A DNA stretch of 64,000 nt from Candidatus Bathyarchaeia archaeon (GCA_038882955.1 JAVZNC010000002.1:64001-128000), one strand, 5' to 3'; positions 19,903 to 29,285 are shown, counted from the stretch's first letter. Made by a program: numbers and translations. The notes: generated by a model from the sequence alone, not told the origin.

Positions 19903-20061
19903 TTATGATAGTGGAAACTCGTTTCCACATTTTGGGCATTTCGCCATTCCACATTGCACCGATGACGGACAACCGGAACAGGCAAATGCCCTACCATAAG
20001 TTATGTCAAAAGCGAAACCGCATTTCGGACAGTTTATTAATCGTTTTGTCTGTGTCTTCAT
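19903..20061 (-). CDS. 52-aa Cys-rich mini-protein (not in ORF track)
   Basis: Manual translation MKTQTKRLINCPKCGFAFDITYGRAFACSGCPSSVQCGMAKCPKCGNEFPLS*; GGAG upstream. Confidence 0.8.
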   Translation of the reverse strand: MKTQTKRLINCPKCGFAFDITYGRAFACSGCPSSVQCGMAKCPKCGNEFPLS

Positions 20062-20215
20062 TATGCGCCGTTTTCTCCGTTTCGTTCTAATTAGAAATGG
20101 TTGCCAAGCTGCCTTTAAAGTTTATGTGAAAATCTTAAAAATAAATCATTAAATATCATTAGGTTAGTAGTGTGTAGTACTGCCAGTTGAAAGGCATCTC
20201 AAGTTTGGGAAAAAG

Positions 20216-21196
20216 ATGCTTAAACCCGATAAGTTGGAGCGTTTGGAACTTTACAAGGATCGTAATACACAGGTTTTCTTAAACAAGTTTCTGAGCGAGG
20301 AAATAAGCGAGCTTGAACCAGTGTACGATCCCAAGGTTGGGTATCACTACCCAATTGTTGAGGCGATTGTCGGCGACGTTCAGAGTGCAGAAGCCTTTTT
20401 GAATAGGCTTTATGATGCGGGAATACTTGAAAGGCGGCTTTACGACAAAATCATTTACTGTCCAAAATGTGGCTCTGCAAACGTTTCGGTGCGCTACTGT
20501 TGTGCTTACTGTAAGTCTTTTGATATTCAAAGAAGCGCTTTGATTGAGCATGTTAAATGCGGTTACATGGATGTTGAGGAAAACTATAAGAAGGGAAACA
20601 AGCTTGTCTGCCCGAAATGCCATGAAGAACTGAAAAAGCCAGATGTGGATTACCGGAGGGCTGGAACTTGGTGTACATGCAAAGACTGCAAGAAGAGTTT
20701 TGACATTCCAGTCGTTGCGCATTTTTGCAGGGACTGCCATATAGCCTTCACTTTTGAAGATGCCGTGATAAAAGATGTTTACGCTTACACGCTGAGGGAG
20801 GAGGCGAAAGAGGAAGCAGCACGCGGATGGGTTATAATCGCTCCAATTAGGGACTTCTTACTAGAAAATGGATTTGAAGTTGAAAGTCCAGCTTTTTTGA
20901 AAGGCAAGTCTGGGGCAAATCACATGTTTGACATAGTGGCATACGAGGGAAAAACCAAAAAATTGACTGTTATTGACGTGGCAATGTCGGTTGAAGATGT
21001 TGTTTCCGAGCAACCAGTCATCGCCCTATTCGCAAAAATATTTGATGTTTCCCCAGACAGTGCCTACTTAATTGCGATTCCAAAAATAAACGATAACGGG
21101 AAAAAAATGGCTGAACTCTATAACATTCATGTTTTGGAGGTTAAAAACCAAAAAGAGGCAATAAAAGCCCTAAAAGAGGAAATGTTTAGGGAGTAA
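20216..21196 (+). CDS. TackOD1 (multi-Zn-ribbon) protein with C-terminal Mrr-like restriction-endonuclease-fold domain
   Basis: Serial CxxC pairs plus IEHVKCG and DYRR; C-terminal KGKSGANHMFDIVA. Confidence 0.75.
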   Translation: MLKPDKLERLELYKDRNTQVFLNKFLSEEISELEPVYDPKVGYHYPIVEAIVGDVQSAEAFLNRLYDAGILERRLYDKIIYCPKCGSANVSVRYCCAYCKSFDIQRSALIEHVKCGYMDVEENYKKGNKLVCPKCHEELKKPDVDYRRAGTWCTCKDCKKSFDIPVVAHFCRDCHIAFTFEDAVIKDVYAYTLREEAKEEAARGWVIIAPIRDFLLENGFEVESPAFLKGKSGANHMFDIVAYEGKTKKLTVIDVAMSVEDVVSEQPVIALFAKIFDVSPDSAYLIAIPKINDNGKKMAELYNIHVLEVKNQKEAIKALKEEMFRE

Positions 21197-22988
21197 AAAC
21201 TGCGATATTTCCTCTTTCAGTAACAACTTTAACCATGAAGTTTCCTTCTGGAAGTTTTATGTCCGCTCTTATGTATGTGATTATTTCGCCTATGTTTACG
21301 AAATAGTTCGCCTCATAACGCCTATGAACTGTCGAATTAACAACCCATATAGAAACTATATGTGCAGTTGTTGAACCAGAATTTTTTACGCTGAACTGTG
21401 CGCCATCAATTTTTGCTCTCACAGCGAAGAAATCTATGTCGACAATTGTTTGGTTTACGTCTAAACTTGCATCGCAGAACATTATCCTAATTGCACCTTC
21501 ACTGTTGACGAAGCTTTGCCAATTTTCTGTTATATTAACCGCGTAATCCGTGAAGTCTGTTGTCAAGGTCATTTCCATTGCATCGCCGAATTCCGCGCTT
21601 GTCCAATTATAAACTTTTAAAAACCAATTTTCGATGGTGTCGTTTGCTCTTAGGCGAATTTGAATTTCAAGTGCTTCAATGTATGCGAGTGGATAATTTT
21701 TCGTGTCGATGGTAAAGTCGCCAATTATGTTAAGAGCATAGGCGTCTTGCATTTCAGGCTTTAATTCCACTAAATCCAATTTTAAATCAAACTGTGCATT
21801 GGTTGCTTTAACTCCTTTAACTCTCAATTTCCAATTGCTTGAGCTGTCCTTGAAGTGTGTTGCGTTTTCGGTTATTGTTTGCGTTTTCGTTTCATCAACG
21901 TTTGGAATCGCGCTTGAAACGTATGATATGTAGCCATCTCCGTCTTCTGGATAACTGTTAGTCTGGTAATTGAATAATTGTAATGTTACATTTACGTTGC
22001 CCGTTGTAAAAGAGCTCGTGACTTTCCATGTTAGGCTTGCCCAGATTTCCATGTTTGATGTTCCCGTGAACTCCACTTCAACTGTGTATTCAACTGGCTG
22101 TTCATAATTGCAGTAAATGCTATACCGATTAGCATTGTGCAAAGCATCCGTCGGGTCTGTTGGCGAAGCATAATTGTTAGTCGTATCATAGTGTCCTTGG
22201 TTAGTTGAGCCAACCGCGTAATAAAATCTGACTTGCGCGTCTGGTATTATCATTAAAAGGTACTCCGTATCAGGCATCAAAGTTGGCGGATTTGGAAAAG
22301 TGACAGTCCACCATTGGAGCGTCGTTGTGATTGACACTGGATTCGTTATGGCGATTACTTTTAAGTCGCTGTGCCGAACAATCAAGCATTTAACGTTCCT
22401 CGTCTGAGAGGCGCTTCTGCCATAAAACGTCATGCTTTTCGCAATTACGGTTGCCGAGGGCGAAGTAAAAAGGCTTCCATACATGATGTTTGCACCAACA
22501 GTTGTATAGCTTGAGCCTGGAACAGTGTTGCCAAAACTGCCCGTTACGTTTTGCGAGGCGTAACTTCTAAAGGTCATGTAAGCTTCATCGTCTTTTTTCA
22601 AATTTGCTAATGAGCCCGAAACGTATTGCGTTGAGTTTATAGGGTTGTATGCGGACGGATTGTAAATGTAGCCGTTTTCTTCCATAAAACTTTCATAATT
22701 TCCGTCAGCAACATGCGTGTCTACATACGTTCCGTTTTTGCTACCAATAATAATTGTGTACTCATTATTTGTTGTAAACCATGGCGAATTGGTAACACGT
22801 GTTACATTTTCGACTTTTACGCTTTCCTGTATTCTTTCTAGGTCGAACTGGTTCATTTGGTAGCTCCATAAAACCACGTTTGAAACTATAAGCGTTATTA
22901 GGATTAGGCTCAGCATTACAACTATCACATTGCTTATGCCCCTTTGCGCCTTCTTGAAACGTTTAAGGTGCTTTGTAATAGTCTGCAA
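21186..22988 (-). CDS. Large archaeal type IV pilin/adhesin with inserted beta domains
   Basis: Class III signal KKAQRG|ISNVIVVMLSLIL; C-terminal KNSG...KVVTERGN pilin strands; many N-x-S/T sequons. Confidence 0.8.
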   Translation of the reverse strand: MQTITKHLKRFKKAQRGISNVIVVMLSLILITLIVSNVVLWSYQMNQFDLERIQESVKVENVTRVTNSPWFTTNNEYTIIIGSKNGTYVDTHVADGNYESFMEENGYIYNPSAYNPINSTQYVSGSLANLKKDDEAYMTFRSYASQNVTGSFGNTVPGSSYTTVGANIMYGSLFTSPSATVIAKSMTFYGRSASQTRNVKCLIVRHSDLKVIAITNPVSITTTLQWWTVTFPNPPTLMPDTEYLLMIIPDAQVRFYYAVGSTNQGHYDTTNNYASPTDPTDALHNANRYSIYCNYEQPVEYTVEVEFTGTSNMEIWASLTWKVTSSFTTGNVNVTLQLFNYQTNSYPEDGDGYISYVSSAIPNVDETKTQTITENATHFKDSSSNWKLRVKGVKATNAQFDLKLDLVELKPEMQDAYALNIIGDFTIDTKNYPLAYIEALEIQIRLRANDTIENWFLKVYNWTSAEFGDAMEMTLTTDFTDYAVNITENWQSFVNSEGAIRIMFCDASLDVNQTIVDIDFFAVRAKIDGAQFSVKNSGSTTAHIVSIWVVNSTVHRRYEANYFVNIGEIITYIRADIKLPEGNFMVKVVTERGNIAVFTP

Positions 22989-23382
22989 TGTGAGACCCCC
23001 TCTTTGTAACAACGTCTATGTAGTATAGGCTTCCACTTGTCCAAGCATAGCCTGAAACATTAAGCCACTTGTGTTCGCCTAACTCCAAACGGAAGGGCTG
23101 ACTGAAAGACTGTGCTGTATGGTTTATGTATATCCCCGAAACTTCGATGGAGACTTTTCCAATGTTCTGCATGTAAATGTGGATGCTGCCAGTCAAATTG
23201 TTGAACCAAACATCTTCTACTATGACGCGTTCGCCCATCGTTTCACGAAGATTTGTTGTAATTACGTATGTGGCTGTTGTGGCAATCGCCATCGCCGCCA
23301 CCGCTACAGCCGTTAGTAGAAGGTTGCTGAGCACGGGGGTTATGGCCCTCTTATCTGCGAAAAACCCTCTTTTTCTTGTCAT
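22963..23382 (-). CDS. Archaeal type IV pilin
   Basis: DKRA|ITPVLSNLLL class III signal; QNIG and VVTKRG. Confidence 0.85.
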   Translation of the reverse strand: MTRKRGFFADKRAITPVLSNLLLTAVAVAAMAIATTATYVITTNLRETMGERVIVEDVWFNNLTGSIHIYMQNIGKVSIEVSGIYINHTAQSFSQPFRLELGEHKWLNVSGYAWTSGSLYYIDVVTKRGSHIADYYKAP

Positions 23383-23391
23383 GTTTTCACC

Positions 23392-24213
23392 TTAAAGGAA
23401 AAGTTTTAGGGCTATGTAACCGCTGATCATCATTATTAGACTATGTTTTAAGCCTGCACTTATTGCGCCTTCACCCATCTTCCCAGCAATGAGCCCTCCG
23501 AACAGCGCTTGTACTACTGTCATGTGGAAGAACAGGCGTTTCATTTCTTCTGGAGCCATGACAGCCGTTCCCAGTGTTGGCAGTCCTTCTATGCTTGCAA
23601 AGAACGACTTGAAGAGGAGTACTACCGTGAAGAGGAAGACGAAGTAGGCTACATAAATTATCGCGATGTACGGTCTTGTCTGATTTCGTCTTTCCTTATC
23701 CAGCAAAAGCGTTGTCTGTATGAATTTGCCAGTTGGTGCAAAAACCTTTTCCACGTGTCCGCCAGAGCGGCTTGCCTCAATTATTAGTGGGACGGTTCTC
23801 TGCACAAGCACGGTGTTGACGCGTTTCCCCAAAGCCAAAAGAGCCTCTTCAAAGGTCATTCCCCAAGAAATCTGCGCCGTCATCTTCTTCAACTCGCCTG
23901 TCAGCGGTCCATAGTTTCTTTTTGATGCTTCTTCCAAGGCTTGTGGAAGCGTCATCCCAGTTTCTTGCGCTTGAACTATGCTTCTGAAAAGGTCTGGCAA
24001 GTGCTCGTCTACGGCTTTTCTCCATTTAAACTCTATGTAATTCAAAATTGCTGGTGGAAAAATGCCAATTATTAAGGCGAAGAAAACGAACTCGTCAAAG
24101 GTTCTGGTTCCCCAAAAATTGAAAAATGCAAAAATGACCATGACGGCGGCTATTGAAATCGAGGCGGTCCACGCCAACTTTTTATCTTGTGCACTTATTT
24201 TTGGCATTTTCAT
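23392..24213 (-). CDS. tadC: Pilus platform protein (T2SS-F/TadC)
   Basis: LPDLFRSI...GMTLPQAL..YGPL T2SSF domain. Confidence 0.85.
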   Translation of the reverse strand: MKMPKISAQDKKLAWTASISIAAVMVIFAFFNFWGTRTFDEFVFFALIIGIFPPAILNYIEFKWRKAVDEHLPDLFRSIVQAQETGMTLPQALEEASKRNYGPLTGELKKMTAQISWGMTFEEALLALGKRVNTVLVQRTVPLIIEASRSGGHVEKVFAPTGKFIQTTLLLDKERRNQTRPYIAIIYVAYFVFLFTVVLLFKSFFASIEGLPTLGTAVMAPEEMKRLFFHMTVVQALFGGLIAGKMGEGAISAGLKHSLIMMISGYIALKLFL

Positions 24214-25200
24214 CTACCATTTAGGTGAAACAGCATCCAAAATTATCAGAAACATTATTGAGCCCAATGGTATTCCAATGTAGGTTAAGATGTTGAGCAA
24301 AATGTCTGGATCCAACGCGCCTAAGCCTCCGCCAAGCATGCTCATAACCGCAAGCATTATAACCAAAAGCAGTGGTCCAGTCACAAGCAGAGCCACATAA
24401 AACTCTGACAAGATTGATAGTGTGTCTGAAAATTTGCGTAGGCTAATCCTCTTCAGTTTCATGTACTGCGTTGACTTTTCGCGGAGGTAATGTGCCAAGT
24501 TGCCTCCAGAATGTATTGTTGAAATGAAACCTTCAAGCATTTCGCGGAACTTTTCAGATGGCGTCAGCCTAGAAGTTTCTTCAAGAGCAGAAATGACGTC
24601 TAAACCGAAGAGGTTTATGTTTCTAACAATGTTTTTCGCTTCGCTTGTCATTGCCAATGGCGGGGTCAAGTTTGAAAGTGAATAGAAAATCTTTTCTGGA
24701 GAAACGCCCGCACTTGAGAGAATCGCCATATAACCAGTTGTGAACGGCAACTCGTCCTCTAAGTCTCTCTTGACCTTGTCTGCACGGTAAACTGGGTAAA
24801 TGTAAAAGCCAATTATGGAAAAGGCGCAGGCGAACAGTCCTCCGCCGATGCCGAACATGAACGATGGCATTAGCGGAACTCCAAAGCCTAAGAAAAGTAT
24901 TGAAGGAATTATTGCCAATGCTGCTACTAAAAGCAGAATTGCCGTAAAAACTGTTAGGCTAACATACGCCTTAAAACTGACTCTAATTCCAGATTTCTGC
25001 AAGTTCAAGTCTAAATCTTTGAAAAGTGGCAAAAACCGCTCGGTTTTTCCTCCAATAAACTTGTATGCCATCGAATAGAACTCTACTTTCTGTGACTTGC
25101 TGGTTTTTGCAGCAGATTTTTCGCTTATATGTCCTTCGAAAAGCATCTTAAAACGTGTGCAAAAGCGCTCAATTTTTTCCAGAACTTTACTTGTTTTCAT
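24214..25200 (-). CDS. Pilus platform protein (T2SS-F/TadB-FlaJ like)
   Basis: ELPFTTGYMAILSSAG, TPSEKFREMLEG, SGGNL. Confidence 0.85.
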   Translation of the reverse strand: MKTSKVLEKIERFCTRFKMLFEGHISEKSAAKTSKSQKVEFYSMAYKFIGGKTERFLPLFKDLDLNLQKSGIRVSFKAYVSLTVFTAILLLVAALAIIPSILFLGFGVPLMPSFMFGIGGGLFACAFSIIGFYIYPVYRADKVKRDLEDELPFTTGYMAILSSAGVSPEKIFYSLSNLTPPLAMTSEAKNIVRNINLFGLDVISALEETSRLTPSEKFREMLEGFISTIHSGGNLAHYLREKSTQYMKLKRISLRKFSDTLSILSEFYVALLVTGPLLLVIMLAVMSMLGGGLGALDPDILLNILTYIGIPLGSIMFLIILDAVSPKW

Positions 25201-26756
25201 TTAAGTCCAACCCTTGCCTTCTGGAAGACACGGTTTGGGTTTGCATAGTACTCGCGAATCACGTTTGCCACGTCTGTGTGGCGTCTTATACCCTCACGAA
25301 CCATCCATTCTAATACTGTTTTTCTCCTATGTAGCTCGCGCCTAACATCATCCTCGCTTATGCCCGATTTGCTCATGCGCTCATCTAAAAGCGCACTGTG
25401 ACCAGAAAAAACGAATTTGTCTTCACGAGGGTTCCAGCGGAAGACATCCTCTGTTACGATATTCTTTTTCTTACGGTCAAATTCTATAACCTCAGTTGTT
25501 GTGGTCGCTCTTCTGGCTGGTCTTCCTTCAATTTCTGTTCTCGTCATAACCATTATGACGTCTGTCATGGCTATAAGCGACTTCGGAATATTCATGGGCT
25601 CGGATTCAAGCCTATTTATCACGGCTTCGACGGACTCTGCGTGTATTGTGCTCATTCCTAAGTGCCCAGTTGCCATCGCTTGGAAAAGTGTATAGGCTTC
25701 TTCTCCTCGTACCTCACCCACTATTATGTAGTCTGGTCTTTGTCTAACAGCCGCTTTTAACAAGTCAAAAAGGGTTATTGTGCCGCTTCTTTTGTCTTCA
25801 TGCCCAAAACCTAAGCGTATGACTGAGGGTATCCAGTTTTCGTGTGGTAGGTTAAGCTCTTGAGTGTCTTCTACGCTTACGATTTTCATTTCTGGCTTTA
25901 TGAACATTGAAAGGCAGTTCAGCATTGTTGTTTTTCCAGCCGCGACGCCTCCAGCTACAATTATTGAGGCTCTGTTTTCTATTATGTACCAGAGGTAGGC
26001 AGCCATTTCCGAGGAGATTGTGTTGAAGGCAATTAAGTCTGAAATCGTGAGCGGGTCAACTCTGAAACGTCTAATTGTGAATGTTGAGCCTCTGCGTGTA
26101 ACCTCGTTTCCATAAGTTAGTTGTATTCTGCTGCCGTCTGGAAGTGAAGCGTCCAATATCGGGGATGCTATTGATATGTTTTTTTCAGATAGGTATGCGA
26201 GGCGTACTATGAAGGAGTTTAGTTCTGCTTCATCCTTGAATATTATGTTTGTTGGTAAGGACTCGTAGATTCTGTGCCAAACGTATATTGGTATGTTTAC
26301 GCCGTCTGCCGATATATCCTCTATGAAGTGGTCTTTCATTAGGGGGTCTATTTTTCCGTAGCCTATGAAGTCCCTTACAATGTAATAAGTGAGTTTGTCA
26401 ACGGATTCTTGTGGGATTTTTAGGCGGTATTTTTTGATTATTTCCTTTGTCTTCTCTATTAGGTAGTTTTCCGCCTTTTCTCTTGTTTCTATGTCTTTTA
26501 AGTTTACGTCAACCTCCTCCATCAAAAACCGCTTTATTTCTTGTAGTTTTTGCTCCTCTTCTTTTTGCAGTGTTGGCTCTATGATCTCATACATTGTTTT
26601 TTGGGTTTCCGGATTTTTGACTATCGCTGCATAAACGTATGGCTCTTTTACTGGGTAAACTTCTCTGAATACTGTTGGTTTTTTTGTTTCTTCTTTCACT
26701 ATTATGCCTATCTCTGCCTGTTCAGTCTGCTCTGTGGCTTTTGGTTTTCTTGGCAT
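25197..26756 (-). CDS. Type II/IV secretion ATPase (VirB11/FlaI/TadA)
   Basis: GGVAAGKT, EDTQE, RQRPDYIIVGEVRGEE, TGH...TIHA. Confidence 0.93.
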   Translation of the reverse strand: MPRKPKATEQTEQAEIGIIVKEETKKPTVFREVYPVKEPYVYAAIVKNPETQKTMYEIIEPTLQKEEEQKLQEIKRFLMEEVDVNLKDIETREKAENYLIEKTKEIIKKYRLKIPQESVDKLTYYIVRDFIGYGKIDPLMKDHFIEDISADGVNIPIYVWHRIYESLPTNIIFKDEAELNSFIVRLAYLSEKNISIASPILDASLPDGSRIQLTYGNEVTRRGSTFTIRRFRVDPLTISDLIAFNTISSEMAAYLWYIIENRASIIVAGGVAAGKTTMLNCLSMFIKPEMKIVSVEDTQELNLPHENWIPSVIRLGFGHEDKRSGTITLFDLLKAAVRQRPDYIIVGEVRGEEAYTLFQAMATGHLGMSTIHAESVEAVINRLESEPMNIPKSLIAMTDVIMVMTRTEIEGRPARRATTTTEVIEFDRKKKNIVTEDVFRWNPREDKFVFSGHSALLDERMSKSGISEDDVRRELHRRKTVLEWMVREGIRRHTDVANVIREYYANPNRVFQKARVGLK

Positions 26757-26855
26757 CGTGTTTCCCTTTTTAGAGTGTGGAGTGTCTTTCCTAGATATAG
26801 TGTGTAGGAAGTCTTAATAAGCTATATGCACGCCTAATCTTTACCACGCTTAACA

Positions 26856-26912
26856 CTGAAAAAACAAAAACTAAACAAAATCAAACCTAAAATTAAAGAA
26901 AAACCTTTAGAA
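26856..26912 (-). terminator. T-rich archaeal terminator region after rpl41e
   Basis: Several T runs on the minus strand immediately after the eL41 stop. Confidence 0.45.
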
Positions 26913-26918
26913 CAAACT

Positions 26919-26996
26919 CTACTTGTACCGTGCCCTTCTTTTTTGCCGCTTCTTCTTCTGTCTCTTCATCCTCTTCTTTTTCCATTTAGCCCGTAT
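26919..26996 (-). CDS. rpl41e: Ribosomal protein eL41 (eS32), ATA start codon
   Basis: Translation (M)RAKWKKKRMKRQKKKRQKRRARYK*, 25 aa, aligns without gaps to eukaryotic eL41 [25 protein letters not shown]. Confidence 0.88.
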   Translation of the reverse strand: MRAKWKKKRMKRQKKKRQKRRARYK

Positions 26997-27020
26997 CTTC
27001 TACACGCTCCATACAAGCGC

Positions 27021-27644
27021 CTATTCTATTGTTGCATGCCTACGCTTTAAATCCTCTTCCGTCCGCCCCATCCTATGCATCAACTCAACAACAAGACTAT
27101 CCAAAAAAACCATACAGTTGTTCTCGAAGACACTTCCAAGTGGAGTTAGGGGCTCCCTCTCGCCCATAATTTGCCTAGCCAAATAATCCTCTTCTCTCGG
27201 CCACCCAGTTTTTGTTCTTCCTTTCACCGTTACTATGTGATCCGCCATTCTTCCAAGCTGGGATTCGGGAAACGATGTTATGGCGATCACCGTTGCGCCT
27301 ATTTCCTTTGCCGCTGCGCTAGCTGTTAAAACCATTTTTGTTGAGCCTGTTCCTGAAATTGCTATTAACAAGTCACCTTTTTCGGCTGCGGGAGTTATGG
27401 TTTCGCCTAGGAAGTAAACGTTGAATCCCAGATTCATGAGGCGCAGTGCAAAGGCTCTTGCGACGAAACCGCTTCTTCCCATGCCGACAATGAATATTTT
27501 CTTGTCTTTCGCTTCTAAAAGCAACTCAATTAGCCTTTCAACTTCCTTCATATTCAGTTCTTCAATTGAGCTTTTTATTCCGGCAATTATTTCGTTTGCC
27601 GCTGCCTTTAACCATTCCAATTTTTCAAGCTCCGAGAAAACCAT
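27021..27644 (-). CDS. hxlB: 6-phospho-3-hexuloisomerase (SIS domain)
   Basis: GMGRSG, GETITPA, ISGTG, PLGSVFE, RHATIE. Confidence 0.9.
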   Translation of the reverse strand: MVFSELEKLEWLKAAANEIIAGIKSSIEELNMKEVERLIELLLEAKDKKIFIVGMGRSGFVARAFALRLMNLGFNVYFLGETITPAAEKGDLLIAISGTGSTKMVLTASAAAKEIGATVIAITSFPESQLGRMADHIVTVKGRTKTGWPREEDYLARQIMGEREPLTPLGSVFENNCMVFLDSLVVELMHRMGRTEEDLKRRHATIE

Positions 27645-27675
27645 TACAAATGTGTCCCTATTAAAAGTCTTGCGG

Positions 27676-28464
27676 TTAAATGAAACCTAAAAGTTTGCTT
27701 AATGAAGGAATTGCGAATGTTAAACGAATGTAGATGGCTGCGGCTAAAATTCCGATGGTTAGGGCTAGAAGAATAAAATCTTCACTGTGCATCTTCAGAA
27801 CGTAAAGGTTTGTGCGTTTCTTTGTTGCTCCCCACGCTCGGGATTCCATGGCTTCAGCGAGTTCGAGACTTCTTCTTATGGCGCTTATTATGAGCGGTAT
27901 CAATATCGGAATGTAATTTCTAATTCTTTTTAAGAAGTTTCCGCGTTCAAGCTCCAGTCCCCTTGCCTTTTGGGCATCCATTATTGTTTGGGCTTCTTCA
28001 GCGAGCACTGGAACGAAGCGCACTGCCGTTGTGAAGGCGAATGTAAACTCGTATGGCACATGCGTCTGTTCTAGGGCGAGGCTTAAAGTGTCTGGCGAAG
28101 TTGTTAAGAAGAATATTGAGAAGGATTCGACGAGTACTATAAAGCGCAATGTCAATGCTGAGGCATTTTCTAGACTTACCGCTAATGGGTAATGCGTAAA
28201 GAAATACGTTACAACAAAGTTTGTTAGAAAAATTATTGTTGCCAGAAAGGCTGCACCTCGCATAGAACGCATCCATTCACGTTTTACTCTGGCTAATAGG
28301 ACGAGGGGAACTTGCATAACAAACAGCACCATAAGCGGGATAAGCTCGCTAAAAATTATTGCTATCACAAATATTGCACATACATAAATGAACTTTATTC
28401 TAGGATCTAAATCATGAATTGGCGAATGAACCTTCCTAAACTTTAAGCCATCAAAAACGCTCAC
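27676..28464 (-). CDS. ecfT: ECF transporter transmembrane component T
   Basis: LDPRIK, RFVP, AQKARG, AMESRA. Confidence 0.92.
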   Translation of the reverse strand: MSVFDGLKFRKVHSPIHDLDPRIKFIYVCAIFVIAIIFSELIPLMVLFVMQVPLVLLARVKREWMRSMRGAAFLATIIFLTNFVVTYFFTHYPLAVSLENASALTLRFIVLVESFSIFFLTTSPDTLSLALEQTHVPYEFTFAFTTAVRFVPVLAEEAQTIMDAQKARGLELERGNFLKRIRNYIPILIPLIISAIRRSLELAEAMESRAWGATKKRTNLYVLKMHSEDFILLALTIGILAAAIYIRLTFAIPSLSKLLGFI

Positions 28465-29285
28465 GGTTTCTTTCCCTCTAAAACGTTGAGCAAAATTTCG
28501 CGCGCTTCATAAACATCGATGACATCCTTCTTTAATCCCAAATCTGACAGTTGCGAAAAGATTTGTGTCACCTGCGGTTGGACAATTGATGCTTGAGTTA
28601 GAAGCTCCTGATTTGTTAGCACTTCTTTTGCTGGTCCGTCTGCAACAATTTTTCCTTCGCGCATCAACACGACCCTCGGGTTGCATTCTGCCACAAACTC
28701 GACGTCATGCGTGACTATTACAACCGTTTTTCGCTGAGTTTTCATTTGCATTATGAATTGCCGAAGTTTCTCCTTTTGCTGGTAATCCTGTCCTATTGTT
28801 GGCTCGTCCAAAATGAGTATTTTTGGGTTCCAAGCCAAGACTGAGGCTAATGCCACACGTTTTCTTTCGCCCCCGCTCAGCATGAAAGGCGAGGTTTTTC
28901 TGTATTGCGTTAAACCCAGAAGGTTTAGCGCCCATGTTACGCGCCTCTTTATTATGTTTTCTTTGAATCCGAAGTTTCGCAGCGCGAAGGCTATTTCTTC
29001 CTCGACTGTTTCGCTGAAAAGCTGATGGTCTGGGTTTTGGAACACAAACCCAACATTTCTGGCTAACGTTGCCACGCTTACTTTCGTTGTTTCAACTCCG
29101 TCAACTAGCACTCTGCCCCTCGTTGGTTTGAGGAGTCCGTTAAAATGTTTGACCAGTGTTGTTTTTCCAGCCCCGTTCTGTCCCATTATTGCCACGAATT
29201 CTCCATTCTCTATTTTTAGTGATACTCCTTTTAGGGCTTCAACGCCGTTTGGATATGTGAAATAGACATCTTCAACTTCAATCAT
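28461..29285 (-). CDS. ecfA2: ECF transporter ATPase A2
   Basis: GQNGAGKT, FQNPDHQ, LSGGE, DEPT. Confidence 0.9.
   Translation of the reverse strand: MIEVEDVYFTYPNGVEALKGVSLKIENGEFVAIMGQNGAGKTTLVKHFNGLLKPTRGRVLVDGVETTKVSVATLARNVGFVFQNPDHQLFSETVEEEIAFALRNFGFKENIIKRRVTWALNLLGLTQYRKTSPFMLSGGERKRVALASVLAWNPKILILDEPTIGQDYQQKEKLRQFIMQMKTQRKTVVIVTHDVEFVAECNPRVVLMREGKIVADGPAKEVLTNQELLTQASIVQPQVTQIFSQLSDLGLKKDVIDVYEAREILLNVLEGKKP

Noticed and set aside
26893-26985. ATG-started acidic 30-aa ORF (MEKEEDEETEEE...) on the minus strand
   Set aside because: Frame-shifted reading of the purine-rich eL41 codons; the eL41 frame has clear homology.
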